NCBI RefSeq assembly: GCF_009914755.1
Contig: NC_060925.1
Reading direction: 5' to 3' (one strand)
From: the human T2T-CHM13v2.0 reference genome, Homo sapiens
Length of the DNA stretch: 64,000 nt
Shown here: positions 12,036 through 22,331 of the stretch, one piece after another
Numbering within the stretch: position 1 is the stretch's first letter
Layout: every line of letters begins with the position of its first letter
Notes under the pieces: model-generated
What the model saw: only the letters and a program-made list of their open reading frames with translations
The model's database searches: none
Told to the model about the DNA's origin: nothing
Translations under genes and position numbers: made by a program

Positions 12036-14455
12036 CAGTCTAGGGTATCATGGTTTTATTCAATTGCCAGATTTTCTCTGACTATGTAAGACTCCTTTTC
12101 CTTCAAGGTTTTACTGCAGGTCAAGTCCCCCAAGATTGGCTGAAATGATGTATCTTTAAAGGTAAGAATTCTAAATGTTCTGTGTCGATTTTGTTTTAAA
12201 TCTCTCACCACAAAGGCCACATGTTCCTTCTGTTCCCCAAACATACTGTCCCCAAGAACAACTTCCTAATGTCTATAGTAATTCCAGAAAAGCCACAGAG
12301 AATTACTGTCTCCAGTAACCAGAAAAGAATAAATACATCCTGAACCCACATTATAAATAGAAATAGTCACTAATCTTCTGCTCAATGACAAGCACCCCCT
12401 TAGAGAAGACCAGCTCACCAAAACTCCACTGAATTATTGTCCTCTTTCCTTACACCCTAGTTCTTCGTTACATGCATTCTTCAGCCCTTACAAACCACCC
12501 TTACAGAGGTGATTCAGTGTAATTAGAAATCGAGTTAAATCTTAGGGCCTGGAACCTCTATTTCTTCATAATGTTGTACACTTAATTGCTCTTGCCAGTT
12601 AGCAACACAATTATGTTGTCTAGAAATGGAGACAAACAATAGATTTTAGTATTTAAACAGGAACTGAAACTGCAAGCAGAGAGCCGCAAACCACACCATT
12701 AAACTGGAATTAAAGCTATATGTGAAAAGAAAAAGTTTCACTCCCAGCAATCATCAGCCTACCATGCAAAAAGAAACTACCCACAGATCAGAAGGAAGGT
12801 GGAACACAGGAGGTAAAGCTTGGGTTCCTAGTTTAGGATGGGATTTTATGAAAACCCCAGGCATAAAAATATGACAGGATAAAGTAGACAAATAACAATG
12901 CAGGACAACACTTGACCTTTAGTGGTTAAATGAATAAAAGAAGCCTCTGTATTAAGAGTATCCCTTGTGCATAATCATTGCCTCAATGCAGCCTGTCCCC
13001 AACCTCTATGGCTACCAAGATTTTCTAAACTAATGCCTTACTAACAGGGTTAGAAAAGAGAACAAACAACAATCAACTGAAATTCATTCCATTTTCTAGA
13101 AACTGTCACGAGAATCACAAAAACTCAAGTGGCGCACAGATTTGGCCTTGCATTTCCCTCTGGATCCCATGTCTAGAATTTCTATACACGCCCCCACCCC
13201 ATCACCTCCACAGTGCATGTACATTCTCATTATAACCTACAAAGGGATATCGGTCTTACAGAATAGCATCTTACTTCAGCTTTATGGAAGAAATTAATTC
13301 AGCCTCTATCTCCATTACCTCTCCATGTATAGACCTGGAAGGACTTAAAACATGCAAGGAACAACTAGAGTAGGTGTTGCCAGAAGATGCTCCTGCTGAA
13401 AAGGCTCTACAGAAAATGGAAAGACTGAGAGAACCCACATTGGAGACAGCAACTCTCCTCATACCTACAAAGAATTGTGGCTGGTAAATACAGAAGTCCA
13501 ATACTGCTTTGGAGGACAGACATGTCAAGATATTTGATGCCAAGTTCAGAGGGGCCTGAGCTTTTCCTGTTAGGTGAATTTGCAAAATTGCAGAGCCCCT
13601 AGTGAAAATAATTTCTCCCAGGAGAGGGGTGAGAGAAATTTCTGGGTTCAATTTTATGTCTTTGGGAATAGCACATTTTAGGAGTCCACCATCACTATTT
13701 CCTTCCAATTACACAAGTAGTTTTTCTGACAAAATAAAATTGGCAAAGAATATTTTCAAATTCCAGGAAGTTTTCACAAGATAGCAAAAAATACACAGGT
13801 AGTTCATAGGTTTGTGCATGGGTTATATGCCTAATTACATGGGCATCTGGCACCAACCCTAGCACAGAATTCACTGATGGCTCTGTCTAGCCTCTATCCT
13901 GCCTTGTACTTGCATTGAAAAAGCCTCTTCCCAATTGTTTTCTAGGCCCTACCTTGAAAAAATACTAAGTATTGCACCTTATGCCCCTGCTTTCTGAAAT
14001 GCAAGCATTGCACCAAAAGCTATGTTAGCCATCTCTATGCTACAACACTGGACCCCTCTTTATCTTTAATTTATCTTTAATTCAAAAGTAATTGTGTACC
14101 ATTACAGCTCAGAGTTTAAAATGAGCTCTCTGAAAAACTTAAAAAAAAAAAGAAGAAATTAATTCTAACCCTTACCTTTGGCATCTTATAAGACTTTTGG
14201 CCATGACTTACCTGTATAAATAGAAAGAACTAATTTACTACAGAAATGCCCATGGGCGAACATGTACTAGCTAATGAAGTGTTCAGCTTTTGCATGATTA
14301 ACCAGCTGGTGGGGGTAGTGTAAAAGCAGAGGGCATAAAATAATAAGAAAAATTGATTAGCAGTCGTTTTTTAAAGTAGTCCATGAAAAATTCCTTTTTT
14401 TATACTCACTAGCTCAGAAACCGACCGTAAGGGAAGAAAAACTTGAATGACTCAC

Positions 14456-14503
14456 CAGGAAACTGAGCAGGCCCACGGCTGCTGTTTGTGTGTTCAAAAT
14501 TCA
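14456..14503 (-). other. Candidate 48-nt exon
   Basis: cttttcctgcttcacctgggcctccctacttag|TGAATTTT...GTTTCCTG|gtgagtca. Confidence 0.25.
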
Positions 14504-15519
14504 CTAAGTAGGGAGGCCCAGGTGAAGCAGGAAAAGACACTGAACTGCTTCCAAATGGACTGACTTACACAACAGGTCCTGCCAGTTGTCATAAAGTTAA
14601 TTTTCTAATATGTTGCGAAACGCATTATATAAAGTTGAAAACTATGACTGGGCTCTGTGTCCATTCAATTTTCTCTCTGGAGCACTCTGCTAGACCACAC
14701 TTGGCTTTAACTACCGCCAGACCAATTCATTAAGAAAAAGGGTATAGTCTTGAGCCAGAATATTTATACACTTGACTCAGAAACAATCTATTCTAGGGGA
14801 TATTTTCCCAAGCTAAATGCACTACAGGACTTTCCTATTCATAACATTCTTTAGCTGGTCTGCAACTCCCTTAAGTGAAAAGAAAAGGAGTCAGGTCCAA
14901 AAAATAAAAACGCAGCTGACCAAAAAGAAAGGAATGGCTAAGGAAAGGCGCGGGTTTGAGGTTACTTATAAAGCAATGAAACGCTCTTTCTTCCATTTGC
15001 TTTGATGACACAACTAATATTTACTCAGCTTAGCCCTCCCTTTAGCACAGGGACAGGCATTTCCCAGGCAGGGAAAAGAGAAAAACCGAAGCTGGGTATC
15101 CTCACTAGCACACTGTACTACAGCCCTAGATTCCACCTTCTACTGGGATGCTGACCATGTCAAAGAAAGAATAAGGTGGTGCGGAGGCAGTGCCTACACA
15201 GAGATTCTTTCTCTCCCTTTCCCTTTCTCTTTCTCTTTTTCTTTCTCTTTGTCTCTCTCTCTCATGGACATGACCATAAACCAAGTGATCAAACCACAAG
15301 CCTCCCTGTCCCTTCACTCTTCTCTGTGGCCATAGATAACAGCCCTCTTCCCAACCAGACCTTTCACAGATTTGCAGCAGACCATAAGTAGAACCAGACA
15401 CTGAGCCACGCATGGGATAAACAGACCACCATTACCCGAAACTCAACCATTTTCCTATGACTCCCAGGTAGAAAATCATTAATCCCACTTTACCTTTTAG
15501 GTTTAACTATGAAAAACTT

Positions 15520-15695
15520 CACAGTGTGGTGGGAAGGCCACTGGCAGGTCTAGAAATCTGAGTTATAGTATGAGGTCTGCTGCTAGCCTAGCTGTGTGAC
15601 CTTGAGCATACCGCTTAGCCTTTCTGATCCCCAGCTTCCTCATTTACAAAATAAAGTGTTAGACAAGATCTCTAAGCCTTCTCCCAGTTCTAAGG
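15520..15695 (+). mobile_element. MIR
   Basis: ctagctgtgtgaccttgagca...cagcttcctcatttacaaaat. Confidence 0.75.
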
Positions 15696-15795
15696 TCTTC
15701 ATTGTTATTTTTTTCTTTGCTCACTGATATGTCAATAAACTAAAGGAGATGGGCTGAGCATTTGTCAAATTTTACATTATAAACATGTTCCAGGG

Positions 15796-16113
15796 TTGTG
15801 TTGTCCAATGTGGTGGCCACTGGCCACATGCAGTGACTATTGAGCACATGAAATGTGGCCAGTCTGGATTTCAGAGAGTACCTCCAAAGTGCAAAAATAT
15901 CTTATTCATAATTTTTGTATTAGTTACATTGAAATGCTAATATTTAGGATAAACAGAATGCATTTTTAAAATCACCAGTGCCCAGCTGGCTCAGTCAGTA
16001 GAGCATGAGACTTAAAATTAAAGTTACCTGTTTATTTTTACTTTTTAAAATGAAGCTGCTGGAAAATTTAAAATTAAAAATGTGGCTCACATTGTATTTC
16101 TGTTGCACAGCCA
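15796..16113 (-). mobile_element. MER33 (hAT-Charlie), interrupted by a tRNA fragment
   Basis: tgtccaatgtggtggccactggccacatg...ttgagcacatgaaatgtggc...aaaatttaaaatt...atgtggctcacattgtatttctgttgcacagc matches reverse-complement MER33. Confidence 0.8.
15980..16012 (+). pseudogene. tRNA-Lys(CTT) 5'-half retrocopy (tailless retropseudogene)
   Basis: gcccagctggctcagtcagtagagcatgagact matches tRNA-Lys-CTT nt 1-33 (GCCCGGCTAGCTCAGTCGGTAGAGCATGAGACT) at 30/33. It ends just before the anticodon and is flanked by ttaaaat repeats. Confidence 0.85.
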
Positions 16114-16122
16114 TGCTCTAAA

Positions 16123-16319
16123 GGAGAGTTTGGCAAACTATGGCTTGCAGGCCAAATCTAGTCAATGGTCTGTTTTGATATATCCTGAAAGCTAAAAATA
16201 GTTTTTACATTTTCTAAGAGTTATTTTAAAAAAAACTATGTTGTAAAAACCATGTGTGACCAGTGAAGTCTGAAATATTTACTATCTCGCCCTTTACAAA
16301 AGCAGCTTGCCAACCACTG
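16123..16319 (+). mobile_element. MER58-family (probably MER58C) hAT-Charlie
   Basis: ggcaaactatggcttgcaggccaaatc...aaatatttactatctcgccctttacaaaa...ttgccaaccactg. Confidence 0.8.
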
Positions 16320-16681
16320 CTCACACCTCTCCTTCCAGAGTTCCGGTACTACAGTAATACCCAAGTCTTCAACACAGTGCCAGAAAACATGCACTGAGAG
16401 AGAATTCCCCTACCAATCTTCATATTCCCACCATTGTCCTAAAGGTGTTGGGAGAGAATAAGAGGAGAATCGCAGAAAGAGAAGGAAAGGAGAGTCCACA
16501 CTCAATGCTTACTTTTTCCTTGTCTAACTAGAGTAGCAGCAATGCTTACACACATTTCAACCTTACAGCTTTCAGCTTTCTTCTTAAGAGAAAATGGCTT
16601 AGCATGAAGAAACTCAGCCAAGGGAGAAACATATGACAACTTTAATCTAATTTTGTAGCATATTTTGGGGGGACACATTTA

Positions 16682-17172
16682 CAGAGACCAACAGATATGG
16701 TTTGGCTGTGTCCCCACCCAAATCTCATTTTGAATTGTAGTTCTCATAATCCCCACATGTGGTGGGAGGGAGCCAGTGGGAGATAACTGAATCACAGTTT
16801 CCCCCATGCCATTCTCACGATGATAAGTTCTCAGGAGATCTGATGGTTTCATTAGGGGCTTCCCGCTTTGCTCAGCTATCATTCTTCTCCTTCCTGATGC
16901 CATGTGAAGAAGGATGTGTTTGTTTCCCTTTCCACCATGATTAGAAGTTTCCTGAAGCCCCCCAAGCCCTGTGGAAATGTGAGTCAATTAAAACTCTTTT
17001 CTTTATAAATTACTCAGTCTTCAGCAGCTCTTTATAGCAGCATGAGAACAGACTAATCCACCGACTGCCCCAGTTTGCCAGGATCAAGAGCTTTCTGTGA
17101 ATGTGGAATTTTCCCCTTGCTAAGGTGCTAAATTCAGGACTGTCCTGGGCAAACCAGAATGAGTTGGTCACT
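16682..17172 (+). mobile_element. MER94 (hAT-Blackjack), split by a THE1 LTR
   Basis: gaccaac | tgccccagtttgcc...gtgctaaa...gtcctgggcaaaccagaatgagttggtcac matches MER94 once the LTR is removed. Confidence 0.65.
16693..17060 (+). mobile_element. THE1 (C/D-type) solo LTR, ERVL-MaLR
   Basis: gatatggtttggctgtgtccccacccaaatctc...gagaacagactaatcca; 5-bp TSD ccaac/ccgac. Confidence 0.92.
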
Positions 17173-18621
17173 TCAAATCTGACCAATTAAAAATATGGTA
17201 CTATGTTATATAAAGAATGCAATACTAATCACATTTTTTAAAATAGAAATACCTTCTTTAACAAGCTACCTGTTGAATTTTTGCCTTTTCTACTTTCCTT
17301 GCCTTTTAACTACTGAAAATTAAATTTTCAGTAAGTTCTCCACTGACCATTCAGTTCTTTCATTTTATGATTTTGGATCAGATCCCTAACCATTTCTGGG
17401 CCTCACTTTTTCCTCTGTAAAAATATACTGAGTAGATAGTGCATTCTTCCCAGTTACTTCTAGTGGAGGATAAAACAATAGACTCAAAGAACTTTGAGTC
17501 AATTGAGGATTCACAATTCAAGATTGATGGTCAATACAGGATGACTAGACAACAATTGTCCATAAGATGGATTTTTTAAAGTGTTTTAAATTGTTCAATG
17601 TTGTAACTGCTTGAACTGGAGATAACGTAGAACTCAACATGATCCAGCTTCTAAAGAAAAAATTATACAAATGGTACTTCAAACCTAAAAAAGTTATATA
17701 TTCTGTACATATAAACCTAATGGAGATATTTTATTATTTGTTTCATTATTTGGGGGTGATTGTTTTGAAAACTGTGGATGAAATGATAGTACATATCAGT
17801 TTCACAAACAATTGAAACTTCAAGAATGGAATTCTCCATCTCCCAAATGCTATGAAAATATTCTCATTGTTTGGGAAAAGATGGTGTCATTCATTGCATA
17901 TTAAACACACACTCTCTATGTTTCATCGGGGATGCTCTATTGTGCAATAATTGGTCCCCATTGTTACATGCACAATTTGGCTGCTCACATGTAAAAGTAA
18001 AACCTCTTAAATAGCTATCTCCACTGATAGCCTTCGGCACAGACCGTCCCCTGTGGCCACGTGCCTGCAGCAACCCATGACTAAGGCTTATGGAAGGGGA
18101 GGGGGAGATTAAAAGGGGGTGCACCTATAATCCTTTATTTATATTAGAAAGTCACCCCTGAAACCTCATTAGCAATGGCTGAGTGCTGTGTCAAGTCCTC
18201 AGCAAGGGCTTTGCCCAGAGTGGAGTTTGCTAAGGGAAATGTAGTGGCCGATGCCCAGGACAGAGGGAAGACACTGAAAGACAAAAAGTTCTGCTGTGTC
18301 CTAGCCCTTCTCCTCTTTGCAGAAGCACCTGTCCCCTTTTTGTGCAGTACCCAGTTCCACCTATGCTAAACTCACAAATCTCAGAGGCCATTTCCTACCT
18401 TAACTATCACTGATGCCTCTCCACCCCTGTGAGTTCATACAGTAGAGATGGCCTCTGAATATTGAAGATATTTTGGGTTCCTCCACATTATTGAAATTCT
18501 CCCTCCTAACTTCTGAACTCCTTTTATGTCAAAGTCACGCTTTGGAGATTTTGTAAATGATTAATGTTTGGATGTCTTTTTTTTAAGACATTAATTTATT
18601 AAGCCCAAAAAAGATGTGAAA

Positions 18622-18750
18622 TATTCTAAAATCAGATTGTGGTGATGGTTATACAACTCTGAATATACTAGAAGCCATGAAATTGTATTCTTTAAAAGGG
18701 AGAGATGTATGGCATGTACATTATATCTCAATAAAGCTGTTTTCAAAAAG
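18622..18750 (+). mobile_element. Old L1 (L1MB/L1ME-type) 3' terminus
   Basis: ttctaaaatcagattgtggtgatggttatacaactctgaatatacta...ttatatctcaataaagctgttt. Confidence 0.8.
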
Positions 18751-18839
18751 CCATAGAAATCCAAATACCTTACTTTCAAGTAATTAAGAGGCATAGTTAC
18801 CAGTTAGCTTAATTTGACCTAGTAACTCTCTGCTGTGAA

Positions 18840-19070
18840 TAATAATAGCTAAGTAGCTTGAGTGGGTTCTTTGGAGTAGGCAGTTCATATAGGGTCTTAT
18901 TTAATGTTCATAGTAAGCTTATGAGGAAGGAAACACTGTTATTTCACAGATGTGAACTCCATACTTAAAGAGTTTAAATACGTTCGTTAAAGCTATGCAG
19001 TTACTAGGGAATGGCAGTGAGATTGGAGCCGAGGCCTCCATCTCCAGAGCTCAGTTTCTGAAACACTGCG
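18840..19070 (-). mobile_element. MIR
   Basis: aataatagcta...cttatttaat...atttcacagatg...ctccagagc. Confidence 0.6.
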
Positions 19071-20099
19071 CTTATCTGAACATCTAGAACTGGCTTGATT
19101 TTTGACTGCCCTTCACTATAAACAACAATCATCCTGAATGTTAGTATCATTCTGAAGAGCCAGACAAGTTCTTTCATCTAGCTATGGCTTGATTTTATAC
19201 AATAGGACCTACAAAACAGTTATTTACATATAATAGATCCTCAATAATCTATAATTTAATAGGCATTTACTGAAAATAATAATGTCTATGAGATTTTGCA
19301 ACTTGAATTACATTTTAAAGCATCCAGGGATAAAACGGCTTGCTGTAGAAAGGGATCTCTTTGGCTCCTACATAAATAAAAATGGTAAATATCTTTCGTA
19401 CCCATATAGCCACATTTTTAGGCTGCACTTATTTCAAGCAAGGTATTCTGACAACTGTTAGAGTTTGACAGTTTGAGACACGTTCTTTTGAAAATTTTTG
19501 GTCCCCGATGGTCTGTCTGAAATGCTGCCACTCCTGGGTCTAGCTCGGATAGGCCCGGAGGATTTTCTTCCCAATTCAGTGTAGTTCTGAGAACCACTGG
19601 CGGACCTGGCCTTCTGCAGCAAGCTTCACTCTGGCCACAAAACAATTAAGCACAGGGTACTGACATCTAAACCACTAGGGCAATCACTGCTTCCCATGAG
19701 ACAAAAGCCAACTTTGTCCTGTAAAATCTTTTTAATACAGATAAGCAAAGATAGGAGCAAACCCAAAGCATGGGAGCAGGTAGGGCAGCGTTGGTCCACG
19801 CTCCTGCTCCTCTTGCATCCTGTTCAGAGGTCCAGGAGGACAGGGACCAGGCTGCAGTGCACCAAACGTAACACCAGGTACATTCTGTGCCTAATGATAA
19901 TTGTAATAACACAGACAAATTGTGGGCAAGTAATCCATAATGAAATATTACACCGTAAATTAGAGGGTCAAGACCCAGGATTTCCTGCATTGCATGGAAA
20001 AACATGGAAAATAACGCCTTCTAGGTATCTATATGTTACTTTATTTTTAACAAGGCTTTAAAAAAGACTTCTAATTAAATGTCAAATCCCCCTTGCTGA

Positions 20100-20480
20100 T
20101 GGAGAACAAGATAGAGCAGGCTAGTCCAGATTTCACATCTTAGTGGATTAGTGGTGTGACCTTGGCCAGATTTCCTTACAGGACTTGGCCTGAGTTTCAT
20201 CATTGTTGAAGTAGGAGTAATAATATCTACCTCATCAGGATTGATGTGAGAATTAAACAGATGATGTATAAAAAGTGCTGAGAAGCCTGGTGCAGTGGCT
20301 CACACCTGAAATCCCAGTGCTTTGGGAGGTAGAGGTAGGAGGCTCACTTGAGGCCAGGAGTTCGAGACCAGCCTGGGCAGCCTAGCGAGACTCTGTCTCA
20401 AAAAAAAAAAAAAAAAAAAAAAAAGTGGTGAGCCAAGTACCAATGTGGTGTCTCAGTAAAGAATAGCTGTTGTTGTTACT
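20100..20480 (+). mobile_element. MIR, interrupted by FLAM
   Basis: tgtgaccttggcca...tacctcatcaggattgatgtgagaattaaa; continues after the FLAM tail. Confidence 0.7.
20284..20423 (+). mobile_element. FLAM_C (free left Alu monomer)
   Basis: Single Alu monomer with an A-tail; TSD aaaagtgctgag / aaaagtggtgag. Confidence 0.88.
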
Positions 20481-20922
20481 GCTAGTCCTAGTGGGTACAT
20501 AAGATCTCAGAAATTGAGGAATGAGACCAAGGTTACTCAATATTGCCAGTGTCAAAGGAGGCCTATTTTTTTACTAAATTTCAGACAGTTTTCTCCCCTA
20601 GACAATCTTCTCCACAAATCCAGCCCTTTCCAAATGTGTCTGGCCACAGAAGTGAGCTATAAACAGAAAAAAAGTTACTAGGCCCTGCGATATTTAATAG
20701 GATGTTTTGGTTTAATACAAAAGTCAAAAACTTTAATAAAGTAAAAACTCTAGGGATTCCGTGAAAAAAAAAAAAAAATCAGGAGCTGGAGGCAGAACCA
20801 TTCCAAAGGAAGTATAAATAACTTGTCAGAGTTTTAAGGAGACTTAGGATTCCATTATTAGCCCAAGTCATATCTATGCCTCTGCCCAGTGTCCTTCCCC
20901 ATTAATAAGAGTATGGATGATG

Positions 20923-21932
20923 TGGCAATAGAAACTATCAACAGAGTAAACAGACAACTTACAGAATGAGAGAAAATTTTTGCAGATTATGCATTCAACA
21001 AAGGTCTAATACTCAGCATATGTAAGAAACTTAAACAAATTTACAAGAAGAGAAAACCAACCTAATTTAAAAAATGGACAAAGGACATGAACAGACATTT
21101 CTCAAAAGAAGACATATATGCAGCCAACAATCATAGGAAGAAAAGCTCAACTTCACTGATTAGAAAAATGCAAATCAGAGCCACAATGGGATACTATTAT
21201 CTCAAGCCAGTCAGAATGGGTATTATTAAAAAGTCAAAAAATAACAGATGCTAGTGAGGCTGTGGAGAAAAGGAAATGCTTATACACTGTTGGTAACAGT
21301 GTAAATTAGTTCAGCCATTGTGGAAGACAGTGTGGTGATTTCTCAAAGTCCTAAAGACAAAAATACTATTTGACCCAGCAATCCCATTACTTGGTATATA
21401 CCCAAAGGAATATATATTGTTCTATTTATAAAGATACATTCATGTGTATGTTCATTGCAGCACCATTCACCATAGCAAAGACATGGAATCAACCTAAATG
21501 CCCATCAATGGTAGACTGCATAAAGAAAATTGTGGTACATATACATCATGGAACACTATGCAGCCATAAAAAGGTCCAAGATCATGTCCTTTGCAAAAAC
21601 ATGGATGGAGCTGGCAGCCATTCTCCTTAGCAAACTAATGCAGGAACAGAAAAGCAAATGCTGCATACTCTCACTTACAAGTGGGAGCTAAATGATTAGA
21701 ACACATGGACACATAGAGGAGAACAACACACACTGGGGCCTATTGGAGGGTGGAGGTTGGGAGGAGGAAAAGGACCAGGAAAAGTAACTAATGAATACTA
21801 GACTTAATACCTGGGTGATGAAACAATTTGTACAACAAACCTCCATGACACAATTTTACCTATGTAACAAACTTGTACTTGTACCCCTGAACTTAAAAGT
21901 AAAAAAAAAGAAAAGAAAGAAAAGAAAAAAAA
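20923..21932 (+). mobile_element. 5'-truncated L1PA (about L1PA13) ORF2 end + 3'UTR
   Basis: gaaactatcaacagagtaaacagacaa...tggaatcaacctaaatgcccatcaatg...tacccctgaacttaaaagt plus A-rich tail; TSD aagagtatggatgatg (20907-20922) / aagagtataggcgatg (21933-21948). Confidence 0.93.
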
Positions 21933-22331
21933 AAGAGTATAGGCGATGGAAACCAGCCAATCAGTCAGCAGCGTGACACTTCCCTCAAGCTGGTACTGAC
22001 CTCATTCCTTTTTAGCTCTCCTCAGTCATGCCCGAGTTGGGAGATGACCACTAGAGAAGAATCTCTCTTCCCAGGCCAGAGGAATCACTTCCAAGCTGCT
22101 TCCTGTGGACCACAAGGCTGAGTTTGTTCTGCACAAATGGTAAAGGACTGACAAGTGTCTCAGGGAGCCTGATCCTGCTCCCTGATAACAAATATTCAGT
22201 TTTCCTTTTTACCCCTGATCTGAGATTCCTCTCTAATACCAAGATAAGGTAGATATTTATCCCTTCCCTCCTTTGTTTAAGAGAAGACTATTTGCACTAC
22301 TCCAAATGTTTCATATTTTTTCTTATTTCAC

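Noticed and set aside
13271-13708. 145-aa minus-strand ORF in unique DNA
   Set aside because: Non-ATG start, no recognisable domain, no clear splice boundaries; within chance range.
15980-16012. Functional tRNA gene
   Set aside because: Only the 5' 33 nt are present; no anticodon, T-arm/B-box or terminator.
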